This document shows positions 53,635-61,367 of a stretch of DNA of 64,000 nt, in pieces. The stretch comes from a virus (lineage: Duplodnaviria > Caudoviricetes). Location: the IMG/VR virus record IMGVR_UViG_3300046495_000014, positions 21,602-85,601 of that record; one strand, written 5' to 3'. The position numbers and the translations under genes are program-made. A model generated the notes under the pieces. The model was given only the letters and a program-made list of their open reading frames with translations. It had not been told where the DNA came from and did no database searches. How positions within the stretch are numbered: position 1 is the first letter of the stretch; every line of letters starts with the position of its first letter.

Positions 53635-54144
53635 CTAAATCCAGATCCTCGGATCGGTCCGCAACAAATCGGCCGCGAAGTACGCCGCGGGGATTACCTC
53701 TACCCCACGCCGAACTACTAGGTTCGACGCGTGCCAACGGAACCGCGGCGATAAAGCTCCCACAGTTTCGGTTATCTGCGCCAGCGGTAGAACGACGAAC
53801 CAGTTGCCCTTGGACCGCCGCGCCCACAGCATCGGCTGTTTCTCGATCGACTTCGCGTCCCGTATCGCCTGCGCCCACCAGGCCCAGACTGGGGAAGCGA
53901 ACCCGTCCAAGAACCGTTTCGGTGACCAATTCTCGTGCCGCTTTACCTCGACGGACCACGGGAACTTCGACCCGGGGGTCACCAGTAGATCACCGGCTGT
54001 CTGTTGATCCGACGCCGCGTGCCAGCCGCCCGACAACGGGGCACGGTTGAACTTAGTCTTCGGTTCAGCCTGCGCCCACCAGTCCTGCAAGTAATCGCGA
54101 ACGTCCCGTTCCCCGTCGGCGCCCTTTCGATGTCGGTTTATCAT
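53635..54144 (-). CDS. Holliday junction resolvase-like PD-(D/E)XK nuclease (start reassigned to MINRH)
   Basis: KGADGER, GDLL, SVEVKR; TAATG-coupled to sbcC. Confidence 0.7.
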   Translation of the reverse strand: MINRHRKGADGERDVRDYLQDWWAQAEPKTKFNRAPLSGGWHAASDQQTAGDLLVTPGSKFPWSVEVKRHENWSPKRFLDGFASPVWAWWAQAIRDAKSIEKQPMLWARRSKGNWFVVLPLAQITETVGALSPRFRWHASNLVVRRGVEVIPAAYFAADLLRTDPRIWI

Positions 54145-56045
54145 TATCCGACCTCTACCTTCGACCACGCGCCGTCCGCTGTTATTACCAGCCGATTGGG
54201 TACGGCTTCCAGTACGTCGTCGCTGTGCGCGACCACGAAGGCTTGTTCGAATCCGTCGCCGGCTAGTACAGATAACGTCTGTGCCAGCGCCTTCCTGTTG
54301 TACGCGTCGCAGGCGCCGAAGGGTTCGTCTAGGGCTACGACCGACCATTGCGATCCCCGCGCCAGTCTTCGCCAGCGAGCCGCCGCCAGCTGAATCGCGA
54401 TCCCCGCTAGGTCTTCCGCCGCTCCCGATACAGTAGACAAGTTGATGTAAAGCTTTTCATCCCGCTTCTTCCCGCGAGGGGCGGCGCACTGCTCGCAGAT
54501 CCGGACCGCCGCAGATCGGGGGAACGCTCGCCCGCAGGGGCATACCGCCGCGATCTCTTGCAGTTCCCGCCCGTAGTCGATCTTCACGGATAGATCGACG
54601 GCGCTACGGTGCAGCAGGTCGTTCGCCAGTTGCTCGATCGAACCTAGCACCCGGGTCGCGATCTGACGCTGCGCGCCGCCCTTGCCGAGTATCCGCAGGG
54701 CCAGCCGCAAGACGGACTGCGACCGGGTAGCTCGATCGATCTGCGACCGTAGGTCGTCGACTTCGGTCTTCGCTGCGTCGTACCGATCGAGATCGGTTTC
54801 AGCTTCGACAGCGACCCGAACCGCTTCGTCGACGGACATCGACCCGGCTTCGACGACCGGCTCTAGTTCCATCGGAACCGGTGGGCATAGCTCCTTCAGC
54901 GCGTCGGCCTTCGCGATCGCGGCCTTTAGTTCCTCGGACCATCGAACCCACGTTCGGTTCGTTTCGTTCGCGGTCCCTAACTTCACGCGATTCGCTTCCC
55001 AGTTGTTCCGCGCGTCCGTCGCCGCGATCTTGGCCAGCTTTAGCGCCTTAGCGATCGCGGCCTTCGATCCGGTTACCAATTCCCGAACCGGGCATTCCGA
55101 ACACGTAACGGGGCACGTTCCGTCGAATTCCCCACCATGTAACGCAGTCAGTCGACGAACTTCGGCGTCCGCCACGCCGTACAGTCGTTGCAGTTCCAGA
55201 TCGCCGGTCCGTAATGCTTCCAGCATCGTCGCGTCGACTGGTTTCGGCTGCCGCGCTTCCAGTTCCGTGACCGCGGCTTCCGCCGCCTTGTACCCCAGCA
55301 GCCGGTTGGTCTGCGTCGTCCACTCCGCCAACGCCAACTGCGATTGTGTAACCGCGGCCGCTTCGACCTTTACCCGTTCGACATCCTCCCGCGCCCGAAC
55401 TACAGCGGCCGACAGCGCCGGGCGATCTAACGCCAGCGCCGGAGCGAGCCGATCGACGTTCGCCGCCAGTAGCGTCAAGCGCGAATCGCACGCCGCTAGC
55501 TTCCGGGCGACTAGTTCCGATGCCTGTTCCAGCTGTCCGAGGTTCAGCCAGTCGACGACAACCCGCGTCCGCTCCGCAGGGGCGGCCCGTACCAGTCGTG
55601 ACATCGCCTTCTGGCCCATCCATACCGTGTTGTCGAAGTCGACCAGCCCCATCCCCAGTCGCGCAACGATCTCGGACTGCGCCTGGTCCTGCGCCAACGA
55701 GATCTCGTGGACGCCATCCGGAGCGGGCACGATCACCTTCAGCTGGGCCGACTGCCCGCGCCGCTTCGTACGGCTGATGAACGTCCCGTCGGTTAGCTCC
55801 ATATCCCCGCCGACTTCCTTTTCGCCCGTACTGATCACAGCGTCCTGCGAATCCCAGGCGTCACTCAGCGCCCCGAACAGCGTCCAACGGATCGCCGACA
55901 GTAGCGTGGTCTTCCCCGACCAGTTAGACCGGCGGGCGTCCGTCGCGTGGCGAGCCACAATCGCGTACACGCCAGCGCTCAAGTCCAGTTCGTGGTCCCC
56001 GCGGAACCGGCCGAAGTTCGTAAGTCGTAGCCCGTTGATCCTCAT
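54144..56045 (-). CDS. sbcC: SbcC/Rad50-like ATPase (start reassigned to MRING)
   Basis: LTNFGRF, NWSGKTT, coiled coil with CPVTC hook, VALDEPFG, VVAH. Confidence 0.88.
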   Translation of the reverse strand: MRINGLRLTNFGRFRGDHELDLSAGVYAIVARHATDARRSNWSGKTTLLSAIRWTLFGALSDAWDSQDAVISTGEKEVGGDMELTDGTFISRTKRRGQSAQLKVIVPAPDGVHEISLAQDQAQSEIVARLGMGLVDFDNTVWMGQKAMSRLVRAAPAERTRVVVDWLNLGQLEQASELVARKLAACDSRLTLLAANVDRLAPALALDRPALSAAVVRAREDVERVKVEAAAVTQSQLALAEWTTQTNRLLGYKAAEAAVTELEARQPKPVDATMLEALRTGDLELQRLYGVADAEVRRLTALHGGEFDGTCPVTCSECPVRELVTGSKAAIAKALKLAKIAATDARNNWEANRVKLGTANETNRTWVRWSEELKAAIAKADALKELCPPVPMELEPVVEAGSMSVDEAVRVAVEAETDLDRYDAAKTEVDDLRSQIDRATRSQSVLRLALRILGKGGAQRQIATRVLGSIEQLANDLLHRSAVDLSVKIDYGRELQEIAAVCPCGRAFPRSAAVRICEQCAAPRGKKRDEKLYINLSTVSGAAEDLAGIAIQLAAARWRRLARGSQWSVVALDEPFGACDAYNRKALAQTLSVLAGDGFEQAFVVAHSDDVLEAVPNRLVITADGAWSKVEVG

Positions 56046-56542
56046 AAGCCAGCTCCCGTCATCGCGACGTCCAAGACTTCTTCCAGGTAATTCCGATCTT
56101 CGAGGCTGAGCCCCGCCGACGCTTCCAGCGCCAGATCGCCGACGACTTCGCGCATCGTCGCCGACGTTTCGACGGACGTTCGAACCGCGGCTTCCGTTAG
56201 TATCGCGTCGACCGCCTGCCGCGGCTTGTACCGAACTGGAACGCAGGCAGATCGCAACGCCTGTTCGACGACTTCCCCCGATACCCCAGCGGGCGGGTCT
56301 AACCACACGAACGCGTCTGCGTTCCGCGCCGTTTTCACAATCGTCGCCAACAGCGTTGATATGACGTCCGGGTCCCCGACCTTCCAAAATTCGTCATTCG
56401 GTCCTATTACCCGGATCGGTCGACTCGCGATCGGGAACGCCTTCACCCCGACTGCGATCGGGATCCCGGCGCCGTCGCTCGGTTCCGGCTCGCCGCCGAT
56501 CTTCACCAGCGTCTGAACCTGCGTTCGTCGTACCCGCGTCAT
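56042..56542 (-). CDS. Probable separate C-terminal (capping/Rad50-binding) part of SbcD
   Basis: 166 aa, ATGA-coupled on both sides, between nuclease domain and sbcC. Confidence 0.5.
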   Translation of the reverse strand: MTRVRRTQVQTLVKIGGEPEPSDGAGIPIAVGVKAFPIASRPIRVIGPNDEFWKVGDPDVISTLLATIVKTARNADAFVWLDPPAGVSGEVVEQALRSACVPVRYKPRQAVDAILTEAAVRTSVETSATMREVVGDLALEASAGLSLEDRNYLEEVLDVAMTGAGL

Positions 56543-57303
56543 AGGGCTATCTCCAAAAACCTAGGGGAATTGTTCGCCTCGCCCAGCGTCAGGCGCGCGA
56601 TCGATCCGGGAATGTGGATCGACTTGTAAAGCTGGCCTTCGTGGTAATGCCCGTTGACGATCGGTACGTCGGGCCATGTCTTCCGCAGTCCCTCGATCGG
56701 AAGGAATAGATCCCGCCCCCGCGCGAAGTCATTCGTTTCCGAGCCGACGCTGATGCCTTCCAGCATCAGGTGGCCGACTATCAACGTGGGTTCTTCGTCG
56801 ACGTACCTCGCGATGACGTCCGTCGGTACGTACGCGTGCGACCGCGGAACGTAAGGGAAGCACAAGATCCCGGGTCCCCTGGTTCGACTGGTCGAATACG
56901 AAAACGGAAACACCAGTTTTGGCATCGCGACTACGACCCCGTGCGCCCCCGCGTCCTGCGGCAATCGCGTATCGATCGGCATCAGCGAGTGCGATCCGTA
57001 TCCGTCTTCCAGCACGTCGTGGTTACCAGCGATCCAGATCGACGGGATCCCATGGTATTCCAGCCGCCTAGACAACTGGGCCGCGTACTCGACAGCCCGC
57101 CAGCACCGGGGGGGATCCGGGTTGGTAAGGTCCCCAGCGAAAACGAACAGCGACCGCGAGTCGCCGCGGTCGCTTTCGATAGCGTAATTCGCGACTTGAT
57201 CCGCGGCCCGCGTTACGTCCGCGAACCGTTCTTCCCCCGCGGTTACCGCGTCCAGGTGCCAGTCGGACGAAACGATCGCCCGCACCCCGTACTTACTTAT
57301 CAT
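56539..57303 (-). CDS. sbcD: SbcD/Mre11-like metallophosphoesterase
   Basis: SDWHL, AGDL, AGNHD, GHYH motifs. Confidence 0.85.
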   Translation of the reverse strand: MISKYGVRAIVSSDWHLDAVTAGEERFADVTRAADQVANYAIESDRGDSRSLFVFAGDLTNPDPPRCWRAVEYAAQLSRRLEYHGIPSIWIAGNHDVLEDGYGSHSLMPIDTRLPQDAGAHGVVVAMPKLVFPFSYSTSRTRGPGILCFPYVPRSHAYVPTDVIARYVDEEPTLIVGHLMLEGISVGSETNDFARGRDLFLPIEGLRKTWPDVPIVNGHYHEGQLYKSIHIPGSIARLTLGEANNSPRFLEIAL

Positions 57304-57496
57304 CGACGAACCTCCTACGATGCAGCCCCTCGGCGCGTTCGGTCTTCGTGTATCCGTCTTGGGCGATCCGAACCTCCCGCCCAGCGTGAAGCCAGCACAA
57401 CGATCTGCCGGCTACGGTTTCCGTCGCGGCTTCGGGGCACCGGTGTTTCCGGTGCCCGTACAGTCCGCGCAACTCGATCGATTCGCACTGCGGCAT
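57293..57496 (-). CDS. Small Cys/His protein
   Basis: CATAGT box (57503-57508) 6 nt before ATG. Confidence 0.55.
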   Translation of the reverse strand: MPQCESIELRGLYGHRKHRCPEAATETVAGRSLCWLHAGREVRIAQDGYTKTERAEGLHRRRFVDDK

Positions 57497-57513
57497 GCCC
57501 CTACTATGGCGCG

Positions 57514-57535
57514 GACGCCGGATCGATCCGGCGTC
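57514..57535. repeat. 22-bp palindrome copy 12
   Basis: Exact; overlaps recA TGA; 5 nt from CATAGT box. Confidence 0.95.
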
Positions 57536-58730
57536 AGATGAGCGTGCCCGCCACCCTAGACTTCGCCGATAGGTTCCGAACCGCTTCTTCGACTCGGTTC
57601 AGTAGGTCGGCGTCCTTATGCAGTTTCGCCACCGCCGACTCGATCCCCTGCCCTAACGACGTCTTGCCAAACTTGACCCAACTACCTTCGACCTGAACGC
57701 CGCCGATCTCTATCCCGAGGGCTATAACGTCCCTAGGTCGGTCGAACCCGACGTGCCCCGATACCCCGTTGGCCGTGTGGAACCAGGCTTCGGGGGTCCG
57801 GTCCATCTTCCCCGCGACCTTCGTCTTATGGATCTCGAGTCGATGCTTTTCGCCCACGACGATATCGCCGGCCTTGATCCAGCCGCGCGTGATGCGGATG
57901 TCCAAACTGGCTTCGTAGTAGAGGGCAGTGCCGCCGCCGATCTTCCAGGTCTTCGACGACCACATATCGGCGTCCGGGTCTTCCGTCTCCCGAGCGATGA
58001 CGGCCATCGCCATCCGGGTATCGGCTAGCAGGGGTATCAGTTCGTCGACCCACGCCGCGTTCAGCGCGGCCTTGATCTGCCCCGCCCGTCCGCCCATGCC
58101 GTCTATCCCCGACGGCGCCTTGGCGCGTTTACCGCGCTTGGGCTTCGCTTCTTCTTCGTCCGCCTTCGTAGCCTTCGCCAGTTCGTCCCACAGTTTCTTC
58201 GGCACCAGCTTCCGGATCGAGTCGACGACGACGAGCCCCGACGTTTCCGGGGGTAACTTCCCCTTCGCCCTGGCGTTCGCGATCGTCTCGCAGTAGTTCC
58301 GGACGCTGCCGCGCACCTGTTCGTACGTCCCGACCGGAAGCGCGCTGAACCCGGGGTTGTCGGCTAAATCGCCCATCAGCGACCGAACCCACGCGTCGGT
58401 CGTCGTCCGCTCCGCGTCGACCAGTCCCGCGAAGTGATACCGCTGCAAGAACGACGCGATCAACCCCAAGCAGAATTCGGTCTTGCCCTCGTTCGACGGT
58501 CCGTGGACTAGCGCGAACCTCGAGATCGGATGACCGCCGACGCCCGTCACGTGGTCGTACCAGGGGAAGATCGTCGGTACGGCTTCGACGTTCCGGATGA
58601 CTTCGGCCCGCGGCCGGAAGTCGCTGAACTGTCCAGCGACTTCCGCGATCGCCGCGAATCGATCCCGAGCGTCCCGCGCCGCTTCCGCCTGCACTACGCC
58701 TGCGCCTGTGGCGCGGGATGTTCGGGCCAT
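57534..58730 (-). CDS. recA: RecA-like recombinase
   Basis: GPSNEGKT, VVVDS, GGTALYYEASL, KTKVA. Confidence 0.9.
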   Translation of the reverse strand: MARTSRATGAGVVQAEAARDARDRFAAIAEVAGQFSDFRPRAEVIRNVEAVPTIFPWYDHVTGVGGHPISRFALVHGPSNEGKTEFCLGLIASFLQRYHFAGLVDAERTTTDAWVRSLMGDLADNPGFSALPVGTYEQVRGSVRNYCETIANARAKGKLPPETSGLVVVDSIRKLVPKKLWDELAKATKADEEEAKPKRGKRAKAPSGIDGMGGRAGQIKAALNAAWVDELIPLLADTRMAMAVIARETEDPDADMWSSKTWKIGGGTALYYEASLDIRITRGWIKAGDIVVGEKHRLEIHKTKVAGKMDRTPEAWFHTANGVSGHVGFDRPRDVIALGIEIGGVQVEGSWVKFGKTSLGQGIESAVAKLHKDADLLNRVEEAVRNLSAKSRVAGTLI

Positions 58731-58733
58731 GCC

Positions 58734-59960
58734 TTACGCCTTACCCTTCGACCGCGTTCGCGGCTTCGGTTCCTGTTTCGGGTCGGGCTTCGGCCACTCC
58801 CCGCGTTTCAGAATCGCATTGGTCTTCGGATCGTACTGCGTCCCGCAGTGAGGACACTCGAAGACGGTTCCAGGCATTACGCCGCTGCATACGTCGCACT
58901 CCACAATGTCGTCGTCCGCTGCCGCAGTCGTAGCTGCGGACGCTGCGTTGTCCCCGTAGTCGAACGCCGTCGGATCGTCGTCTTCCGGTCCGTCGTCGTC
59001 CGCGACGTCGACGCCCGCGAAGATCTCATTCCACGGCGGGCGGACCGTCTTATGGCACCAATGCGCCTCGAACGACGCCCGCAGTTCTTTGACGTTCGAC
59101 GGCCGAACTAGTTCGTTGATCGACGGTGGTTCCACGTCGAAGACCGCTTGCAGTTCGGGCGTAATCTCCATAGCCGACATCAACCGGGCTTCGTACTTCT
59201 TGGAGAATTCCGCCTTGTCGTCGTACGCCCAGCGGATCGCGTAGGGGTTCTGGAACGGGTCGCCCTTTACTCGACCCACGTCGTCGATCCGATCTGCGAT
59301 TACCCGTCGAACCTTGTCGCCCAGCGCTTGGGCTTCCAGCGCTATCAAACAGCCCTCGGCCGGCGCCGCGTTCTTTACGACGCGGAAGATGTACTGCATC
59401 CGTGGTTGCGCCGACTCCTTCCACGCTTCGTCACGTCGGATCCCCGCCTGTCGTAGCTCCTTCACTTCGTCGCGATCCATGTCCTTGTTGTTGAACAGCC
59501 CGGCGAATCCGCCCGCGTGGATAACGGTCGGATCTCCCGGGATCTCGTCGAATAGAAAGATCTCATCGACCCAACTCAACGTTCGGGACTTGATCGCCTG
59601 GTAGACCCATTCCAACATCCGACTGAACGGGCACGCCTCCGGAGGGTATTCGCGTTCCCCGGTCTTATCATCGCGATAGTTCCGCTTCTTGAGTATGACT
59701 TCGCGCTCCATCGAATTGAAGCGAACCGACCGCAAAACCGGATCGTGAGTCTCCCGGTCCTTCCCGATCGTGTACCAATTGTGACTCCATAGTGGGATGA
59801 TTTTGGCCTTCGGATGCAACCAGATATCGATCCGCTCGTCATCCTTCCAGTTCTTCAAGAACGTCCCGCCCCCTCCCGAGGAGCCCGAGTGTCCTAGGAA
59901 TGCGTCTAGATCCAGTTCTTCCACTGTTGTCCGTCCCATGTTTTTTTCCGTTCTTTCCAT
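58734..59960 (-). CDS. Putative ssDNA-binding protein with C-terminal zinc ribbon
   Basis: GGGTFLKNWK N-terminus, acidic tract, CDVC/CPHC; next to recA; CATAGT box 59996-60001. Confidence 0.5.
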   Translation of the reverse strand: MERTEKNMGRTTVEELDLDAFLGHSGSSGGGGTFLKNWKDDERIDIWLHPKAKIIPLWSHNWYTIGKDRETHDPVLRSVRFNSMEREVILKKRNYRDDKTGEREYPPEACPFSRMLEWVYQAIKSRTLSWVDEIFLFDEIPGDPTVIHAGGFAGLFNNKDMDRDEVKELRQAGIRRDEAWKESAQPRMQYIFRVVKNAAPAEGCLIALEAQALGDKVRRVIADRIDDVGRVKGDPFQNPYAIRWAYDDKAEFSKKYEARLMSAMEITPELQAVFDVEPPSINELVRPSNVKELRASFEAHWCHKTVRPPWNEIFAGVDVADDDGPEDDDPTAFDYGDNAASAATTAAADDDIVECDVCSGVMPGTVFECPHCGTQYDPKTNAILKRGEWPKPDPKQEPKPRTRSKGKA

Positions 59961-59973
59961 TTGGGTCGCCCAG

Positions 59974-60660
59974 CTAAACGCTACGCGACGCCCCTACTAT
60001 GGCGCGTAAGTCCCGCGCGCGTTCGACTGCACGTTCGCACATGTTCTCGATTAGGTCGACCGATCGCCGCGCTTTCGATTCCTGTTCCTGACAGGACTTC
60101 CACTCGTCGGGGAACATCGTCGCGACGGCGCCCGTCACGTCGGCCTCCGTGATCGCCTTCTTCCGCGTACCCGCATCTTTTTCGCGTTCTAACTGCGATA
60201 GTGCTTGATCTCGCATCGCCGACTTCAGCACGGCCGATTCACGCTCCACCGCGTCGAACGTCACCTTCGTGTTTACCAGTAGTCCGCGCGCCTTCAGCGC
60301 TACCGCCTGCGCATCGTCCAGCGCGTCTAATAGTTCCGACATCGACGCCCTGGAAGCCTTGATCGGCTTTATTCCCGCTAGCACTTCTTCGTATATCGAT
60401 TTGGGATCCGGTAGGTTGAAGACGCTGTTGACGATCGCGGAGTACCCGGCGGGCAACGGCGGAACCTGTCCCGAGTAGGGGAGCATGGCCGCGAACACCC
60501 GGTCGTTCGACGTCTCCCGCGAATTGACCACCGGGGGTTTCGGTAACGTCGCCGCCGCAGTTAGTTCTCGATCGGGGGTGGCCGCCGCCCCTTCCGGCGG
60601 GGTCCCCCCGTCGTTCGTCGTTCCTGATTCAGATACCGGCTTGGATGTTCGACTGCGCAT
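59974..60660 (-). CDS. Helical protein, possibly UvsY-like recombination mediator (start reassigned)
   Basis: CATAGT box (60667-60672) 6 nt before ATG; ITEADV...PDEW; next to SSB-like gene. Confidence 0.45.
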   Translation of the reverse strand: MRSRTSKPVSESGTTNDGGTPPEGAAATPDRELTAAATLPKPPVVNSRETSNDRVFAAMLPYSGQVPPLPAGYSAIVNSVFNLPDPKSIYEEVLAGIKPIKASRASMSELLDALDDAQAVALKARGLLVNTKVTFDAVERESAVLKSAMRDQALSQLEREKDAGTRKKAITEADVTGAVATMFPDEWKSCQEQESKARRSVDLIENMCERAVERARDLRAIVGASRSV

Positions 60661-60667
60661 GCCCCTA

Positions 60668-61357
60668 CTATGGCGCGGACGGTTTCTTCGTCGCCCGTTC
60701 CGCCTTCCGAACGTCGTCGTCGATCGTCCTATCGTCAAGCCAGTCTAGAATGTCGAACCCAGTCGACCGCCGCGCGCCAGGCGCCCAGACCACAAGAGCG
60801 TACGCCGCTGAATCCGTCCCGGGGCCTTCCCTGAACTTCGGCCGGGGCGTGATCAGATAGACGTGCGCCGGCTTCCCTTCGCAGTCCAACCACTGTTGGC
60901 GAGTCCGATCCTTCCCACCCTGCGCGGTAAACCACCCGATCGGGAGTAGCTGCGCCAGAATCCCCGTGGGGGTTAGCGCGTTGAAACTAACTTCCAGATG
61001 CGCCATCGTGTCGTTATACGGCGGGTTGCCGACTATCAGATCGAATTCGCAAAATTCGGCGTTCAAGAAGTTCTGCGATTCGAACCGGACGCCATGTAAA
61101 TCTTCCGGTATCTCAGCGACAGCATCCAGATTCAGATCGTTCGCCAGTATTCGAACAGCCGGAATCCCTATCGCGATTGCGGCGCGGACCCACGCGAACG
61201 CACCGCACGATGGTTCGAGCATGCGAACCACTTCGGGGTTCCGGATCCATCCGTCCTGCACCAGTCGTCGCATGCACGCCCGCGCCAGTCCGGGGGGCGT
61301 GTAACAGGCGTCCGACGCTGCCAACCGATCGTCCTTACTTCTATGCGTTACCGACAT
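60668..61357 (-). CDS. DNA adenine (N6) methyltransferase
   Basis: YTP, LEPSCG, DLIVGNPPY. Confidence 0.85.
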   Translation of the reverse strand: MSVTHRSKDDRLAASDACYTPPGLARACMRRLVQDGWIRNPEVVRMLEPSCGAFAWVRAAIAIGIPAVRILANDLNLDAVAEIPEDLHGVRFESQNFLNAEFCEFDLIVGNPPYNDTMAHLEVSFNALTPTGILAQLLPIGWFTAQGGKDRTRQQWLDCEGKPAHVYLITPRPKFREGPGTDSAAYALVVWAPGARRSTGFDILDWLDDRTIDDDVRKAERATKKPSAP

Positions 61358-61367
61358 TGAGTCCCTT

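Noticed and set aside
51100-56109. Plus-strand ORFs 51100..51975 and 54682..56109
   Set aside because: Antisense shadows of the methyltransferase fusion and sbcC, with no motifs.
46118-56387. ORF-track starts for dinG (48109), resolvase (54348), sbcC (56387) and others
   Set aside because: The extensions run through promoters, palindromes or neighbouring genes; downstream starts have coupling, an SD or the conserved -10 box.
2263-57535. Palindrome as a REP/MITE with a cognate transposase
   Set aside because: No transposase or Y1 tyrosine motif gene and no target-site duplications seen in the window; mobility remains only an inference.
2263-57535. Palindrome as an N4-type virion RNA polymerase hairpin promoter
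   Set aside because: The stem is longer than N4 hairpin promoters, sigma-type -10 boxes are adjacent, and no virion RNA polymerase is in the window.
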